Shown: piece by piece, positions 27,431 to 28,398 of the stretch
Layout: each line of letters opens with the position of its first letter
Position numbering within the stretch: the first letter of the stretch is position 1
Origin: Desulfurella sp.
Lineage (GTDB): Bacteria > Campylobacterota_A > Desulfurellia > Desulfurellales > Desulfurellaceae
Length of the DNA stretch: 28,398 bases
Assembly (NCBI GenBank): GCA_031960885.1
Contig: JAVRLY010000011.1
Location: forward strand, 1 to 28,398
Direction: 5' to 3'
Notes under the pieces: generated by a model
Databases searched by the model: none
What the model was told of the DNA's origin: nothing
Seen by the model: the letters and a program-made list of their open reading frames with translations, nothing else
Made by a program: the position numbers and the translations under genes

Positions 27431-28398
27431 AATTATTTTTGTCTGTAGGAGAAAAATCCGCAGAAAAATATGCGTATTTATTAACTTTAGAATTAAAGAA
27501 ATTTTACAGTAATATTGAGATTTTTTCTTTTGGCTCAGATATATTGGCTACACAATCAACAAAATTAGCTGATTATAAAGATATAAGCGTTATAGGCTTT
27601 AAAGAAGCACTAAATATACTTCCAAAGGCAGTTAAGATTCTTAATATATTAAAAAATGCGATTATCAATAACAATATAGAAGCTTTAATATTAATGGATT
27701 TTCCTGATTTTAATTTACAACTTGCAAAATTTGCAAAAAAACATGGCAAAAAGGTTATTTATTACATAACACCTCAAGTTTGGGCATGGAGAAGGTCGCG
27801 CGTAAGGCAGCTTTTTTTCTATGCGGATTTAATCATTCCCATATTACCATTTGAGCGCTTATTTTTTGACTCTCAGTCTATCAAATATAATTTAGATTCT
27901 TCTAAAGTGCATTATTTTGGTCATCCAATTATTGATATATTACATTCAAATTTGGAAGAAAAAAATGATTGTGAAAATACTATATTGATTTTGCCAGGTT
28001 CAAGATTATCTGAGTTAAATTTTCATACAAAAATTTTTTTTGAAGCCGCAAAGTTACTTAAAAAAGATTTTTACGATTATAGGTTTGTTGTCTGCACACA
28101 AAAGCATCATATAGACTATTTAAAACAATTTATCAAAGATTATCCATTTATCGATATAGATACAGATACTTATACGCTTATGAAAAAATCAAAATTAGCA
28201 ATAGCAAAAAGTGGGACGGTAACGTTAGAGGCTGCATTGTTTGATTTACCTATGGTTGTATCTTATAGATTATCAAATTTGAGCTATGTAGTTGGAAAAG
28301 CTCTTATACATGGTGTAAATTATATTGCGTTGCCAAATGTTATATATGGAAAAAACATTGTTCCAGAGCTAATACAATTTAGAGCAACACCAAAAAAT
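27427..28398 (+). CDS. lpxB: Lipid A disaccharide synthase (partial, runs off the window end; missing from the ORF track)
   Basis: ATGA overlap with the lpxA stop. My translation is open to the window end: MKLFLSVGEKSAE, DFPDFN, YYITPQVWAWR, ILPFE, GHP, LPGSR..E, SGTVTLE, PMVV.Y, LPN and VPELIQ. Confidence 0.95.
   Translation, partial: MKLFLSVGEKSAEKYAYLLTLELKKFYSNIEIFSFGSDILATQSTKLADYKDISVIGFKEALNILPKAVKILNILKNAIINNNIEALILMDFPDFNLQLAKFAKKHGKKVIYYITPQVWAWRRSRVRQLFFYADLIIPILPFERLFFDSQSIKYNLDSSKVHYFGHPIIDILHSNLEEKNDCENTILILPGSRLSELNFHTKIFFEAAKLLKKDFYDYRFVVCTQKHHIDYLKQFIKDYPFIDIDTDTYTLMKKSKLAIAKSGTVTLEAALFDLPMVVSYRLSNLSYVVGKALIHGVNYIALPNVIYGKNIVPELIQFRATPKN

Overview
An AT-rich, gene-dense bacterial chromosome segment from a diderm (LPS-producing) organism. 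The gene set and sequence style suggest a Desulfurella-like Campylobacterota/former deltaproteobacterial lineage, but that is my inference and unverified. Almost all of it is core genome, in three blocks. (1) The 3' end of a winged-HTH gene, a stand-alone trpB2, tRNA-Val(GAC), and a tightly coupled translation run thrS-infC-rpmI-rplT-pheS-pheT-ileS that ends in an AMMECR1-domain gene and a hypothetical gene. (2) A small, more variable middle block: a CstA/BtsT transporter plus a small HesB-like/'CC/Se'-type partner, a convergent rsmE, a NifX-like::methyltransferase fusion and a small membrane protein. (3) A run of about 12 kb: rpmE, a Cys-less TusA-like gene, dciA, bamD, hsp20, lon, lolC/E, lolD, bamA, skp, lpxD, fabZ, lpxA and lpxB (truncated by the window edge). 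I see no mobile element, CRISPR array, prophage or defence island. The best-supported hidden signal is a non-canonical AUA start for infC. The best candidates for undescribed biology are the cstA + small single-Cys protein module, the degenerate NifX-like::methyltransferase fusion, the Cys-less TusA-like protein and the ileS-coupled AMMECR1 pair. All four are inferences that need database searches.
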